64,000 nt of DNA from an uncultured Collinsella sp. (GTDB taxonomy: Bacteria > Actinomycetota > Coriobacteriia > Coriobacteriales > Coriobacteriaceae): NCBI GenBank assembly GCA_958346515.1, contig CATVRV010000001.1:24193-88192 (forward strand), given 5' to 3'. The notes under the pieces were generated by a model. That model made no database searches and was not told the origin of the DNA. It saw nothing but the letters and a program-made list of their open reading frames with translations. How positions within the stretch are numbered: position 1 is the first letter of the stretch; each line of letters starts with the position of its first letter. This document shows, in pieces, positions 8,522-20,330 of the stretch. Made by a program: the position numbers and the translations under genes.

Positions 8522-9625
8522 ATGAAGTTCACCGTCAGCCAGAGCTCGCTTACACAAGCCATCGGCGTCGTTATGAAGGGCGTCGCTTCGGCATCCACCC
8601 TTCCCATCCTGTCGGGCGTGCTCGTCAAGGCGCAAGACGGCATCTTGGAATTCCAGACCTCTAACTACACCATCTCGATCCGTCATCGCATCGCGGCACA
8701 TGTCGAAGAAGAGGGCGAGATGGTTATCCCTTGTAAGATGCTCTCCAATATCACCAAGACCCTCCCCGATGCCCCGGTCACCTTTGAGCTGTCCGAGCGC
8801 CAGGTGCTGATTGGTTGTGAGAAGAGCTCTTTCCGCCTGAACACGCTCGATGCCAATGACTTCCCCGAGTTTCCGGCCTATGCCATCGAGAGCGCCGTGG
8901 AACTGCCGACCGATATCTTGTCCGAAATGGTCGGCCGCGTGTGGCGCGTCACCTCGACTGACAAGGCCCGCCCCATCCTGGGCGGCGTGCACATGAAGGT
9001 CGAGAACAACACCGTGCGCCTGGTGGCGACCGATTCCTTCCGCTTGGCCGTGTGCGATACGCAGGTCGAGACCTCAACCCTCGAGGGTTCCTTTGAGCTC
9101 AACGTTCCGGCCGACGCCTTTAACGACGCGCTGAACATCATGGCCAGCCAGGCGACCATCATGATCGGGGCTACCGACACCCAGGTCGTCTTTGAGGCCG
9201 GCAACACCACCTACGTGTCGCGCCGCATCGAGGGGGTGTACCCCAACTACAAGCAGCTCATCCCCGATTCGTGCGTGACGAGCGTCAAGATCGACTTCGC
9301 CGCCTTTAACGCCGCCCTCAAGCGCGTGGCCGTTATCGCGAGCGCCAACCCCGCCGTCAAGTTCGAGATCGATGTCGAGAACGGGCAGATGGGCCTGTCC
9401 TCCATTTCCAATGACCAGGACCTTGCGCAGGAGACGATCGATGTCGAGGCCGAGGGCGAGTCGGGCACCATCGCCTTCAACTACCACTACATCTTCGGCT
9501 GCCTCAATGCCCTATCCAAGGAGAAGGAGATCACGCTGGAGCTCAAGAGCTACTCGCAGGCGGGCATCTTCAAGTCCTACGACAAGATCAACTACCTGTA
9601 CCTGGTCATGCCGGTCCGCATCTAG
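8522..9625 (+). CDS. dnaN: DNA polymerase III beta sliding clamp
   Basis: 367-aa ORF with a typical beta-clamp N-terminus (MKFTVSQSSL..AIGVVMKGV..STLPILSGVL) and the conserved position after dnaA. Confidence 0.97.
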   Translation: MKFTVSQSSLTQAIGVVMKGVASASTLPILSGVLVKAQDGILEFQTSNYTISIRHRIAAHVEEEGEMVIPCKMLSNITKTLPDAPVTFELSERQVLIGCEKSSFRLNTLDANDFPEFPAYAIESAVELPTDILSEMVGRVWRVTSTDKARPILGGVHMKVENNTVRLVATDSFRLAVCDTQVETSTLEGSFELNVPADAFNDALNIMASQATIMIGATDTQVVFEAGNTTYVSRRIEGVYPNYKQLIPDSCVTSVKIDFAAFNAALKRVAVIASANPAVKFEIDVENGQMGLSSISNDQDLAQETIDVEAEGESGTIAFNYHYIFGCLNALSKEKEITLELKSYSQAGIFKSYDKINYLYLVMPVRI

Positions 9626-9634
9626 CGTTGCGCC

Positions 9635-10741
9635 ATGACCATGTTCGCCCGCGATCTTTCCGTCGCGCACTACCGCAGCTTCGATAGCTATCGCCTTGCC
9701 CTAGACGAGGGCGTGACGATACTTGCGGGACCCAACGCGGCGGGAAAGACCAATCTCATAGAGGCGCTGCAGCTGCTGACGAGCGGCGCCTCGTTTAGGC
9801 ATCCGACCGCCGCCGAGCTCGTCCATGACGGCGCGGACTCGTGCAAGGTTGAGCTGAGGCTCGAGGGCGACGGCCGCGTGCTTGATATGGGATTGAGCGC
9901 GGAGGACGGTAAGCGCTCGTTTAGCCGCAACGGCAAGAGATGCTCTGCCGCCGGTGTGCGCGGGGTCCTGCCGAGCGTGCTGTTTTGCCCCGACCATCTG
10001 GACATGGTTAAGCGAGGCGCCAGTGTGCGCCGTGCCGCCCTCGATGACTTTGGCATGCAACTGAGCGCACGCTATGCCGATCTTGCGAGCACCTATGGGC
10101 GCTGCGTGACCCAGCGTAACGCCTTGCTCAAGGAGGCCTGGTGCTGCCGCGAGATGCTCGGCGCGTGGAACGATTCGATTGCCCGCGCGGGCTCGGCCCT
10201 GCTCGTGCACCGGTTGGCCCTGCTCGACCGGCTGGCGGGCCATGTGCACACTGCCTACGGGCAAGTGGCGTCCGGCGAGGCCGCCAACGTGACCTATGCG
10301 TCCACGCTGGGGGATTTGCCCCAGGTCGAGGATCGCGAAGAGCTGAAGGACTGGGCGTACGAGCGCATGCTGGCTGCCCTTGATGAGCACGCCGACGAGG
10401 AAATTCGCCGCGGCGTGACGTTGGTGGGACCGCATCGCGATGAGATTGAGTTTGCCGTGGCGGGTCGATCCGCCCGTTCATTTGCCAGCCAAGGTCAGCA
10501 GCGGACGTTGGTTTTGGCCTGGAAGGTGGCGGAGGTGGCCGTGGCTCGCGATGTCCTGGGCACCGCCCCACTGCTGCTTTTGGACGACGTGATGAGCGAG
10601 CTCGACGGCGACCGACGCGGCGCTTTTCTGCGGCTGATCGGCGATGATATCCAGACGGTCATAACCACGACCAACCTGGGGTATTTTACCGATGACCTGC
10701 TTGATCGAGCCAAGGTGGTGAGCATGGGTGAGACGTGCTAA
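9635..10741 (+). CDS. recF: DNA replication/repair protein RecF
   Basis: 368-aa ORF with Walker A GPNAAGKTNLIEAL, the SMC-type signature SQGQQRTL and Walker B LLLLDDVMSELD. Confidence 0.95.
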   Translation: MTMFARDLSVAHYRSFDSYRLALDEGVTILAGPNAAGKTNLIEALQLLTSGASFRHPTAAELVHDGADSCKVELRLEGDGRVLDMGLSAEDGKRSFSRNGKRCSAAGVRGVLPSVLFCPDHLDMVKRGASVRRAALDDFGMQLSARYADLASTYGRCVTQRNALLKEAWCCREMLGAWNDSIARAGSALLVHRLALLDRLAGHVHTAYGQVASGEAANVTYASTLGDLPQVEDREELKDWAYERMLAALDEHADEEIRRGVTLVGPHRDEIEFAVAGRSARSFASQGQQRTLVLAWKVAEVAVARDVLGTAPLLLLDDVMSELDGDRRGAFLRLIGDDIQTVITTTNLGYFTDDLLDRAKVVSMGETC

Positions 10742-11291
10742 TTACGAGCGCGAGAGCGAAACGGTCGCCTTCAGTGGATTTTTAAACGCAGAGCGTCAGC
10801 GCATCCTGGCGGCCGCGACGCCTGAGCGCCGCGTGCAGATGGAGGCTGCAGAGGAATCTCGTGCGGTCTATCGCGCCTGGAATGCGGTGTGCTCGGGCAC
10901 GCGCGAGGGGCGCCATGTGACGGGCCTGCGCTACCTGCCCGAGTCCAATGAGCTGCTGGTATATCTCGACTCGCCCTCGTGGACGCAGGAAATGACGCTG
11001 TTGCGCGAGATCATCCGCGCGCGCATGGAGCGCGCCGGTGCGCATGTGGACGGCCTGGTGTTCAAAACCACCGCGCCCGGTCACACGCCGCCCGCCGCCA
11101 AGGAGCGCCTGCGTCCGGCGACGACCGAGCGCCCGCCGGCTCCGCACGCCGACCTAAGTGAGGCCGAGCGCACCGAGATTGAGCGCCAAGTGGCGCCCAT
11201 CGAAGACCAAAAACTGCGCGAGGCCCTCGAGAATGCCATGAGAGCCAGTGCCGAGTGGGCCAAGGGCGTGCAAAGCAAAAAAGAGCCTTAA
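10728..11291 (+). CDS. DUF721/DciA-like protein (conserved recF-gyrB spacer gene)
   Basis: 187-aa ORF with a GTG start overlapping the recF stop by 14 nt. The sequence pattern (VYRAWNAVCS...LLVYLDSPSWTQEMTLLREIIRARM) and the position match the DUF721 family seen between recF and gyrB in Actinobacteria. Confidence 0.7.
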   Translation: MRRANYERESETVAFSGFLNAERQRILAAATPERRVQMEAAEESRAVYRAWNAVCSGTREGRHVTGLRYLPESNELLVYLDSPSWTQEMTLLREIIRARMERAGAHVDGLVFKTTAPGHTPPAAKERLRPATTERPPAPHADLSEAERTEIERQVAPIEDQKLREALENAMRASAEWAKGVQSKKEP

Positions 11292-11354
11292 ATCGCATCT
11301 GGTGGCCTTGTAGAGCCAAATACCCTCGTTCCCGAGGGTATTTTTTTACGATAA

Positions 11355-13427
<2,073 letters not shown>

Positions 13428-13438
13428 GAGGAGGTAAC

Positions 13439-16180
13439 GTGGCAGACGATATCAACAATAACGAGGGTATGGACGAGGCCGGCGATGCCGGTATGCCCGA
13501 TGATCTGAAGCGCCTGCTTGCCCGTGCTGAGCAGGGCGAGGACGGCGATCCGGACGCCTATAACCCCGATGCCGATGATGATGAGGAAGAAGACGACGAC
13601 GCCGAGCTCGAGGAGAGCTTTGGCGAAGTCGATCGCGGCGCCTCGGCCGGCGAGGATATCAACGGCGGCCAGCTCCAGATTTCGGAGTTCGGTCGCGAGA
13701 TGAAGCAGTCGTTCATCGAGTATTCGATGTCGGTTATCACGGCGCGCGCCCTGCCGGACGTGCGCGACGGCTTAAAGCCGGTGCACCGCCGCATCCTGTA
13801 CGCGATGAACGAGAGCGGCATCTACCCCAACCGACCGCACAAGAAGTCGGCCTGGACGGTCGGCGAAGTTATCGGTAAGTACCACCCGCACGGCGATTCC
13901 GCGGTCTATGAGGCCATGGTCCGCCTGGCGCAGTGGTTCTCCATGCGCACGCCGCTCATCGACGGTCACGGCAACTTCGGCAACATCGACGGCGACGGCG
14001 CGGCGGCCATGCGTTACACCGAGAGCCGCCTGGCAAAGCCCGCCATGGAACTGCTGCGCGACCTGCAGAAGGATACCGTCGACTGGCAGCCCAACTACGA
14101 CGAATCGCTTGCCGAGCCCGTGGCGCTGCCTGCGCGCTTCCCCAACCTGCTGGTCAACGGCAGCCAGGGCATCGCCGTCGGCATGGCCACCAACATCGCC
14201 CCGCATAACCTCACCGAGGCGATCGAGGCCACCTGCTACCTGATCGACAACCCCGACGCCACCGTTGACGAGCTCATGCAGATCATGCCAGGTCCGGACT
14301 TCCCCACCGGCGCCATCATCATGGGCAGCGCCGGCATTAAGCAGAGCTACGAGACCGGCCGCGGCTCCATTACCGTGCGTGCTAAGGCACATGTGGAGTC
14401 CACCAAGACCGGCCGCAACCGCCTGGTCTTTACCGAGATTCCCTACATGGTCAACAAGGGCACCCTGCAGGAGAAGATCGCCCAGCTCGTCAACGACAAA
14501 CGCATCGAGGGCATCTCGGATATGCGCGATGAGTCCAACCAGAAGGGCATCCGTCTGGTCATCGAGCTCAAGAAGGGCGTCATTCCGCAGGTCGTGCTCA
14601 ACAACCTGTATAAGTACACCTCGCTGCAGACGACCTTTGGCGCCAACAACCTGGCACTCGTCAACGGCGTTCCCAAATGCCTGAGCCTGCGCGAGATGCT
14701 GCAGCACTACATCGACCACCAGGTCGACGTCGTCACCCGCCGCACCCGCTTCGACCTTAAGAAAGCCCAGGCCCGCGCTCATATCCTCGAGGGTTACCTG
14801 ATGGCCCTTGACCATATCGACGAGGTCATTAGCATCATCCGCTCCTCGCAGACCGACTCCGAGGCCAGCAGCCGCCTGATCGAGCGCTTTGGCTTTACGC
14901 CCGAGCAGACCACGGCCATCCTCGAGATGAAGCTGCGCCGCCTGACCGGCCTGGAGCGCGACAAGATCCAAGAAGAGTTGGACGGCCTGCGCCGCGCCAT
15001 CGCCTACTACGAGGACCTGCTGGCGCACGAGGAGAAGATCCTGGGCGTCATCAAGGAAGAGATGCGCGAGATCTCCAAGAAGTTTGGCGACAAGCGCCGC
15101 ACCGAGATCAGCCAGGTTGAGAAGGACCTGGATGTCGAGGACCTCATCGCCGACGAGGATATGGTCGTGACCATCACCCACACCGGCTACGTTAAGCGTA
15201 TCCCGGTGGCTGCCTACCGTGCCCAGAAGCGCGGTGGCAAGGGCGTGTCGGGCGTCAACCTCAAAGAGGATGACGTTATCGATGAGATGTTCATCGCGTC
15301 CACGCACGAGTACGTGCTGTTCTTCTCGAGCAAGGGCAAGGTCTATCGTCTGAAGGTGCACGAGCTGCCGGTGGGTACGCGCCAGGCGCGCGGTACCGCG
15401 ATCGTCAACCTGCTGCCCTTCGAGGAGGGCGAGAAGATCGCGAGCGTCATCAGCTGCCGCGAGTTCCCGGCCGACGAGTACCTGATGTTTGCCACAAAGA
15501 GCGGCATGGTCAAGAAGACCGTGATGAGCGCATATGACCGCAGCCGTCGCGACGGCCTGATCGCTATCAACCTGCGTGACGACGACGCGCTGCTGAATGT
15601 GCGCCGCGTGCGCGAGGGCGACAAGATTATCCTGGCCACCACCGCAGGCAAGGCGATCATGTTCTCCGAGGAGCAGGTGCGCGCCACCGGCCGCGATACC
15701 AGCGGCGTTCGCGGTATCGGTATGAAGGACGGCGTGAGCGTTCTGGGCATGGAAGTCACTAACGGCAACGGTGATCTGTTCGTCATCACCGAGCGCGGCT
15801 ACGGCAAGCGCACGCCGGTCGCGGACTACCCGGAGCAGAATCGCGGCGGCCAGGGCGTCTACACCATTCAAATGACCGAGCGCAAGGGCAACCTCGCGGC
15901 AATGAAGACGGTGGGCCCGCAGCACGAGCTGTTCATCGTGACGGAGGGTGCGACGGTCATTCGCGTCAAGACCGACGAGATCAGCCAGACCGGCCGCGCC
16001 ACCCAGGGTGTCAAGATGATGACCGTCGACGACAACGACCGCATATGCGCCGTGGCCCGCATGACAGCCGCCAAAGAGAAGCCCGAAGGCGAAGCCACAG
16101 AAAACGGCTCCGCCCCCGAAGAAACCCCTGTCGATCTAGGCGACGGCAACGACATGCCGGAAGATCTCCTCGACGAGTAA
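13439..16180 (+). CDS. gyrA: DNA gyrase subunit A, with acidic N-terminal extension and acidic C-terminal tail
   Basis: 913-aa ORF with [22 protein letters not shown], the active-site region AAMRYTE and beta-pinwheel CTD repeats. GTG start 5 nt after AAGAGGAGG. Confidence 0.97.
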   Translation: MADDINNNEGMDEAGDAGMPDDLKRLLARAEQGEDGDPDAYNPDADDDEEEDDDAELEESFGEVDRGASAGEDINGGQLQISEFGREMKQSFIEYSMSVITARALPDVRDGLKPVHRRILYAMNESGIYPNRPHKKSAWTVGEVIGKYHPHGDSAVYEAMVRLAQWFSMRTPLIDGHGNFGNIDGDGAAAMRYTESRLAKPAMELLRDLQKDTVDWQPNYDESLAEPVALPARFPNLLVNGSQGIAVGMATNIAPHNLTEAIEATCYLIDNPDATVDELMQIMPGPDFPTGAIIMGSAGIKQSYETGRGSITVRAKAHVESTKTGRNRLVFTEIPYMVNKGTLQEKIAQLVNDKRIEGISDMRDESNQKGIRLVIELKKGVIPQVVLNNLYKYTSLQTTFGANNLALVNGVPKCLSLREMLQHYIDHQVDVVTRRTRFDLKKAQARAHILEGYLMALDHIDEVISIIRSSQTDSEASSRLIERFGFTPEQTTAILEMKLRRLTGLERDKIQEELDGLRRAIAYYEDLLAHEEKILGVIKEEMREISKKFGDKRRTEISQVEKDLDVEDLIADEDMVVTITHTGYVKRIPVAAYRAQKRGGKGVSGVNLKEDDVIDEMFIASTHEYVLFFSSKGKVYRLKVHELPVGTRQARGTAIVNLLPFEEGEKIASVISCREFPADEYLMFATKSGMVKKTVMSAYDRSRRDGLIAINLRDDDALLNVRRVREGDKIILATTAGKAIMFSEEQVRATGRDTSGVRGIGMKDGVSVLGMEVTNGNGDLFVITERGYGKRTPVADYPEQNRGGQGVYTIQMTERKGNLAAMKTVGPQHELFIVTEGATVIRVKTDEISQTGRATQGVKMMTVDDNDRICAVARMTAAKEKPEGEATENGSAPEETPVDLGDGNDMPEDLLDE

Positions 16181-16220
16181 GAGGCCCTAACTGGTAGAAA
16201 ATATCAGACCCCATATATCG

Positions 16221-16253
16221 GCGGTCGGCGCACTGCGCGCCGACCGCTTTTTT
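16221..16253 (+). terminator. Rho-independent terminator of gyrA
   Basis: GC stem gcggtcggcgc / gcgccgaccgc followed by TTTTTT. Confidence 0.7.
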
Positions 16254-16437
16254 GAAAACCTTGGGACTCGTGTTCGCCCCGGTCGCACGGCGGCATGTGA
16301 AGTCGATCGCGAGCTCCGCACGAGCCTGAGAGCACTTAATGTGCTCTCTGTGCGAGTCAGGACTGTCCGAGTAGGCGACTTCACATGCCGCCGTGCGACC
16401 GGGGCGAACACCCTTCAAAGATTTTCAAAAAAAGTTG
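16246..16437. repeat. Long composite palindrome (36-bp perfect arms plus flanking imperfect arms)
   Basis: Arm 16270-16305 (gtgttcgccccggtcgcacggcggcatgtgaagtcg) is the exact reverse complement of 16376-16411. The inner loop holds a further hairpin, gagagcac-ttaat-gtgctctc. The outer flanks ttttttgaaaaccttgg / cttcaaagattttcaaaaaa are also roughly complementary. Confidence 0.85.
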
Positions 16438-16467
16438 TTGACGCGCGCGTAACGACTCGTCTAATAT
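16438..16467 (+). promoter_or_regulatory. Putative sigma-70-type promoter of the tRNA cluster
   Basis: TTGACG (16438-16443), an 18-nt spacer, then TAATAT (16462-16467), about 15 nt upstream of the first tRNA. Confidence 0.4.
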
Positions 16468-16481
16468 ATCCCTTGCGCGAT

Positions 16482-16558
16482 GGACCTGTAGCTCAGTTGG
16501 TTAGAGCGTCCGGCTGATAACCGGGAGGTCACAAGTTCGAATCTTGTCAGGTCCACCA
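16482..16558 (+). tRNA. tRNA-Ile (anticodon GAT)
   Basis: 77-nt cloverleaf by hand: acceptor GGACCTG/CAGGTCC, anticodon loop CTGATAA, T-loop TTCGAAT, encoded CCA. Confidence 0.95.
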
Positions 16559-16625
16559 CTTTCTTTCGCAATAAACACCCCAGCGAGAGCCGAGTCGCCG
16601 CTGGGGTGTTTATTACTGTCTCCGT

Positions 16626-16701
16626 GGGGGTTTAGCTCAGCTGGGAGAGCGCGGGCTTTGCAAGCCTGAGGTCAGGGGTTCGATCCCCCTAACCTCCACC
16701 A
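16626..16701 (+). tRNA. tRNA-Ala (anticodon TGC)
   Basis: 76-nt cloverleaf: acceptor GGGGGTT/AACCTCC with the diagnostic G3:U70 pair, anticodon loop TTTGCAA, encoded CCA. Confidence 0.95.
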
Positions 16702-16705
16702 TGAT

Positions 16706-16782
16706 GGACCTGTAGCTCAGTTGGTTAGAGCGTCCGGCTGATAACCGGGAGGTCACAAGTTCGAATCTTGTCAGGTCCACCA
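16706..16782 (+). tRNA. tRNA-Ile (anticodon GAT), second identical copy
   Basis: Sequence identical to 16482-16558. It starts 4 nt after tRNA-Ala. Confidence 0.95.
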
Positions 16783-16797
16783 TCAAAACTGTGAAGA

Positions 16798-16826
16798 GCC
16801 CTGAGGCGTTGCCTCGGGGCTTTTTT
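16798..16826 (+). terminator. Rho-independent terminator of the tRNA cluster
   Basis: Stem gccctgaggc / gcctcggggc followed by TTTTTT. Confidence 0.7.
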
Positions 16827-16941
16827 CTTGTCTGCGATAAATCTCATTTTGGTTTTGTGTGCTGTGCGAAAGATTGGGTAGTATAGCTATTCAATGCGGC
16901 GACCCTGCCGCGTGTTATCCGCTACGTACCGGAGGTGTTCC

Positions 16942-17442
16942 ATGGTTCGTGTCGACATAGAGACCATCGTCATGGCCGCCGGTCCCGTGCCATCGCTTAT
17001 CGTGCTTCGCGAGCGCTGCAGCAAATCGGACTCGCCCGCGCCGTTGCGTTCCCTTTCCATTCAGACTGGTTCGTTTGAGGCTGCTGCCATTAGCCGCGGC
17101 ATCGATAGCGGCCGCGCCGAGCGCCCGATTACCCATGACCTGCTGCTCGATACTGTTAGCGCCCTGGGCGCCAAGCTCGAGCGCATCGAGATCGTTCGCG
17201 CCGAGCCGCCGGTGTTCTACGCGACGATCGTCGTACTGGCCGATGGTGACGAGCGCAAGATCGACGCCCGCCCCAGTGATGCCATTGCCCTTGCCGTGCG
17301 CAGCAATGCCCCCATGTTTGTGGAGGACGACATCATGAATCGCCTGGGCACCGTTTCTGCCCATGCCGAGGAAGTTGACGACGAGCAAGAGTTCGAGAAG
17401 TTCGACGAGTTCGTCCATACGCTCTCCCCCGATGACTTCTAA
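16942..17442 (+). CDS. Bifunctional nuclease family protein (DUF151/BFN domain)
   Basis: MVRVDIETIVM...PSLIVLRE....SLSIQTGSFEAAAI......RPITHDLLLDTV..LGAKLERIEI......VFYATIVV......IDARPSDAIALAVR..APMFV matches the DUF151 pattern. I trimmed the start to the ATG at 16942, 7 nt after GGAGG. Confidence 0.8.
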   Translation: MVRVDIETIVMAAGPVPSLIVLRERCSKSDSPAPLRSLSIQTGSFEAAAISRGIDSGRAERPITHDLLLDTVSALGAKLERIEIVRAEPPVFYATIVVLADGDERKIDARPSDAIALAVRSNAPMFVEDDIMNRLGTVSAHAEEVDDEQEFEKFDEFVHTLSPDDF

Positions 17443-17832
17443 ATGCGGGGCGTCCAGGCTGCGGAGCGTTCGCTGATGGCTGGCGGTATGTCGGCTGAGG
17501 CGGCTGCGATCGCCCGCGAGGCCCAGATGCGCTCGGAGGCTTCTGAGACGGCTCGCATTGCCTATGTGACGCAGGCCCGCACGCTTCGCGAGCGCCGCGG
17601 CTCGTTTATCAAGATGGTTGTCGTCTCCGTCCTTGTCGCGGCAATCTGCTCGCGCCTTCGTGGTACAGTTGGTGCGCTTGGGTTTTCGATCTCTACGGGC
17701 CTTGTGATCTGGGGTGTGGTCGATGCGGTAATGCTGACCAGTCAGATCAAGGTGCTCGACAAGCGCGCAGCGGACATGATGCGCGCCCGCGACGCTGCCG
17801 CCAGGATCGCCGCCGAGGCACAAGAACTGTAA
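17443..17832 (+). CDS. Hypothetical small membrane protein (Ala/Arg-rich helices flanking two hydrophobic segments)
   Basis: 129-aa ORF. Its ATG directly abuts the BFN stop (TAAATG), suggesting translational coupling. I recognised no family. Confidence 0.5.
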   Translation: MRGVQAAERSLMAGGMSAEAAAIAREAQMRSEASETARIAYVTQARTLRERRGSFIKMVVVSVLVAAICSRLRGTVGALGFSISTGLVIWGVVDAVMLTSQIKVLDKRAADMMRARDAAARIAAEAQEL

Positions 17833-17862
17833 CGACGCCAGACTCGATGGGAAGGTCTAAAG

Positions 17863-18312
17863 ATGGCACAGGATATGCAGGACGCCGGTAACGTCTCCGC
17901 CGAGCTCGACGCCATGGTGTGCGATCTGATCGGCGCGTTCTTGGACGACCTTGCCGCCGGTGAAAACCCTGGCGTGGTCGTGGCAATTGAGGACGCCGCT
18001 TCCAACCGTTATCTGGCGGCGCTCGATGAGGATGGCGAAGAGGCGTGCCTCGAGGCGGCCACCAACTTTATCTCCGAGCACAAGATGGGTCTTAAGGACG
18101 AGGGCCTGGGCCGTATCGCTCGCTATGCCATCGGCTACACCGGCTGCGTCGAGATTGACGGCGGCTATCACGATGCTCTGCTCGTGAGCTTCTTCGAAAC
18201 CACGCTCGAGAGTGGTTTTTCGGCATATGTGCTGTATGAGGGCATGGGCGCCGGCGATGGTTTTATGTGGAGCGACCCTGAACCTGCAGGTGAGGAAACC
18301 CCTCTCATCTAA
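17863..18312 (+). CDS. Hypothetical acidic cytoplasmic protein
   Basis: 149-aa ORF, strongly acidic, on the same strand directly after 17443-17832 and with codon usage like its neighbours. No recognisable motif. Confidence 0.5.
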   Translation: MAQDMQDAGNVSAELDAMVCDLIGAFLDDLAAGENPGVVVAIEDAASNRYLAALDEDGEEACLEAATNFISEHKMGLKDEGLGRIARYAIGYTGCVEIDGGYHDALLVSFFETTLESGFSAYVLYEGMGAGDGFMWSDPEPAGEETPLI

Positions 18313-18429
18313 AATCGCTAAAATAAACGAGTTTTCGGTAAAAGGCTCAATATTCCCGCTGAGCGTTGTATCGCTGGGCGGGCCGCATACGCGTGCCGGT
18401 TGTATATAGATAGAAGATAGGGGAACTAC

Positions 18430-20268
18430 ATGCGCGTAGACAATCTGAGGAACATCGCCATCATCGCTCACGTCGACCACGGCAAGACGACGATGGTCGA
18501 CAAGCTCCTGCGTGCCACGGACGCCTTCCGTGCCAACCAGCAGGTCGAGGACCGCGTCCTGGATTCCAACGACCAGGAGCGCGAGCGCGGCATTACGATT
18601 CTCGCCAAGAACATCTCTATCGAGTACAAGGACGTCAAGATCAACGTCATCGACACCCCGGGCCACGCCGACTTTGGCGGCGAGGTCGAGCGCGTGCTGC
18701 GTATGGCCGACGGCGCCCTGCTGCTGGTCGACGCTTTTGAGGGCCCCATGCCCCAGACCCGCTTCGTGCTGCGTCACGCTATCGACACCGGCCTTAAGAT
18801 CATGATCGTCATCAACAAGATCGATCGTCCGGGCGCCAACCCCGAGAAGGCCTACAACGACTGCCTGGACCTCATGGCCGACCTGGGCGCCACCGACGAC
18901 CAGCTTGAGTTCGCCATGGAGCACGTGGTCTACGCCAGCGCCATGAATGGCTTTGCCCGCCTTGACCCTAACGACGGCAATATGGACATGTACCCGCTGC
19001 TCGACATGATCATCGACGATATGCCCGCGCCCGAGGTTGACGAGAACGCCCCGCTGGCCATGCAATGCGTGACCATCGACCACTCCAACTTCGTTGGTCG
19101 TATCGGCATCGGTCGCGTGTACTCCGGCACCATCCACCAGGGCGACCAGATCCTGGTTGTCAAGAACGATGGCTCCAGTGCCACCGCTACCGTCAAGCAG
19201 CTCTTTACCTTCGACTACCTGGGCCGTACCGAGTGCCAGGAAGTCGGCGCTGGCGATATCGCTGCTGTCGTGGGTATTGACCGCACCGATATCGGCGATG
19301 TTTACACCGACCCCGAGAACCCCGTCGAGCTCGAGCCCATCGAGATCGACCCGCCGACCCTGTCCATCGTCTTTGAGGCCTCGACCTCCCCGCTCGTCGG
19401 CCGCGATGGCGACATCGTGGGCGCCCGTCAGCTTAAGGAGCGCCTGTTCAACGAGGCCGAGAACAACGTGACCATGAAGATCGAGGAGCTCGAGGACAAG
19501 AGCGGCGTCGAGGTCTCGGGCCGCGGCATCCTGCACCTGTCCGTCCTGATGGAGTCCATGCGCCGCGAGGGCTTTGAGTTCCAGGTCGGCCGTCCCCGCG
19601 TTCTGTTTAAGAAGGACGAGAACGGCAACAAGATGGAGCCCGTCGAGCAGGCTGTCGTCGAGTGCCCGGACGAGTACTCGGGCAAGGTCGTTGAGGTCTT
19701 CGGTACCTCCGGCGGCATCATGACGAGTATGGACACCTCGGGCATCGTGACGCACCTCGAGTTTAAGATCCCGACCCGCGGCATCATGGGTCTTAAGAAC
19801 CGCATCATGAATGTCACCCACGGCGAGGGCGTGTTCTACCACACCTTCCTGGAGTACGGTCCCTACGCCGGCGAGATCGGCAACCGTCAGAACGGCGCCA
19901 TGATCTCCATGACCACCGAGAAGGCCGTTGCCTACGCTCTGGGTACGCTGCAGGAGCGCGGCCAGCTGTTTGTTGAGCCGGGCACCGAGTGCTACGAGGG
20001 CATGATCGTGGGCGAGCGCAGCAAGGCTGGCGACATGGTCGTCAACATCGCCCGTACCAAGAACCTGGGCAACCAGCGTTCCTCGACCTCCGATATCTCC
20101 GTCCAGCTGGTGCCGCCCCGCACCTTCTCGCTGGAGGAGGCGCTGGAGTACATCGCCGACGACGAGCTGGTCGAGATTACTCCCAAGAACATCCGCCTAC
20201 GCAAGCGTCTGCTCAACGCCACCGACCGCAAGAAGGCTGCCGTCCGCGCCGGCCAGGTCAACAAATAA
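18430..20268 (+). CDS. typA: Translational GTPase TypA/BipA
   Basis: 612-aa ORF with [29 protein letters not shown] and NKID, plus an EF-G-like domain order. Confidence 0.95.
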   Translation: MRVDNLRNIAIIAHVDHGKTTMVDKLLRATDAFRANQQVEDRVLDSNDQERERGITILAKNISIEYKDVKINVIDTPGHADFGGEVERVLRMADGALLLVDAFEGPMPQTRFVLRHAIDTGLKIMIVINKIDRPGANPEKAYNDCLDLMADLGATDDQLEFAMEHVVYASAMNGFARLDPNDGNMDMYPLLDMIIDDMPAPEVDENAPLAMQCVTIDHSNFVGRIGIGRVYSGTIHQGDQILVVKNDGSSATATVKQLFTFDYLGRTECQEVGAGDIAAVVGIDRTDIGDVYTDPENPVELEPIEIDPPTLSIVFEASTSPLVGRDGDIVGARQLKERLFNEAENNVTMKIEELEDKSGVEVSGRGILHLSVLMESMRREGFEFQVGRPRVLFKKDENGNKMEPVEQAVVECPDEYSGKVVEVFGTSGGIMTSMDTSGIVTHLEFKIPTRGIMGLKNRIMNVTHGEGVFYHTFLEYGPYAGEIGNRQNGAMISMTTEKAVAYALGTLQERGQLFVEPGTECYEGMIVGERSKAGDMVVNIARTKNLGNQRSSTSDISVQLVPPRTFSLEEALEYIADDELVEITPKNIRLRKRLLNATDRKKAAVRAGQVNK

Positions 20269-20297
20269 GCGCTGGGCTTTATAGCGTCTAACAAGAA

Positions 20298-20330
20298 AGG
20301 GCGTCGACCGCGATGGTCGGCGCCCTTTTT
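20298..20330 (+). terminator. Rho-independent terminator of typA
   Basis: Stem gggcgtcgacc / ggtcggcgccc followed by TTTTT. Confidence 0.65.

Noticed and set aside
13772-15925. 717-aa minus-strand ORF inside gyrA, plus similar ones inside gyrB at 11346-12959 and 12972-13403
   Set aside because: They are antisense to canonical gyrase genes and have low-complexity Ala/Leu/Val/Asp/Gly/His composition with no RBS or motif. These are GC-driven artefacts.
16011-16418. 135-aa and 74-aa minus-strand ORFs across the gyrA 3' end and the long palindrome
   Set aside because: They exist only because the palindrome and terminator lack stops in that frame. They overlap gyrA and the terminator and have no RBS.
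16440-16830. Expectation of an rRNA operon around tRNA-Ile/tRNA-Ala
   Set aside because: No 16S 3' end (…CCTCCTTTCT) or 23S 5' sequence flanks the tRNAs. The cluster has its own promoter-like and terminator elements.
17857-19842. 661-aa minus-strand ORF opposite typA and the acidic orphan gene
   Set aside because: It is antisense to a clear TypA/BipA with repetitive D/V/L/G/H-rich composition. It is an artefact.
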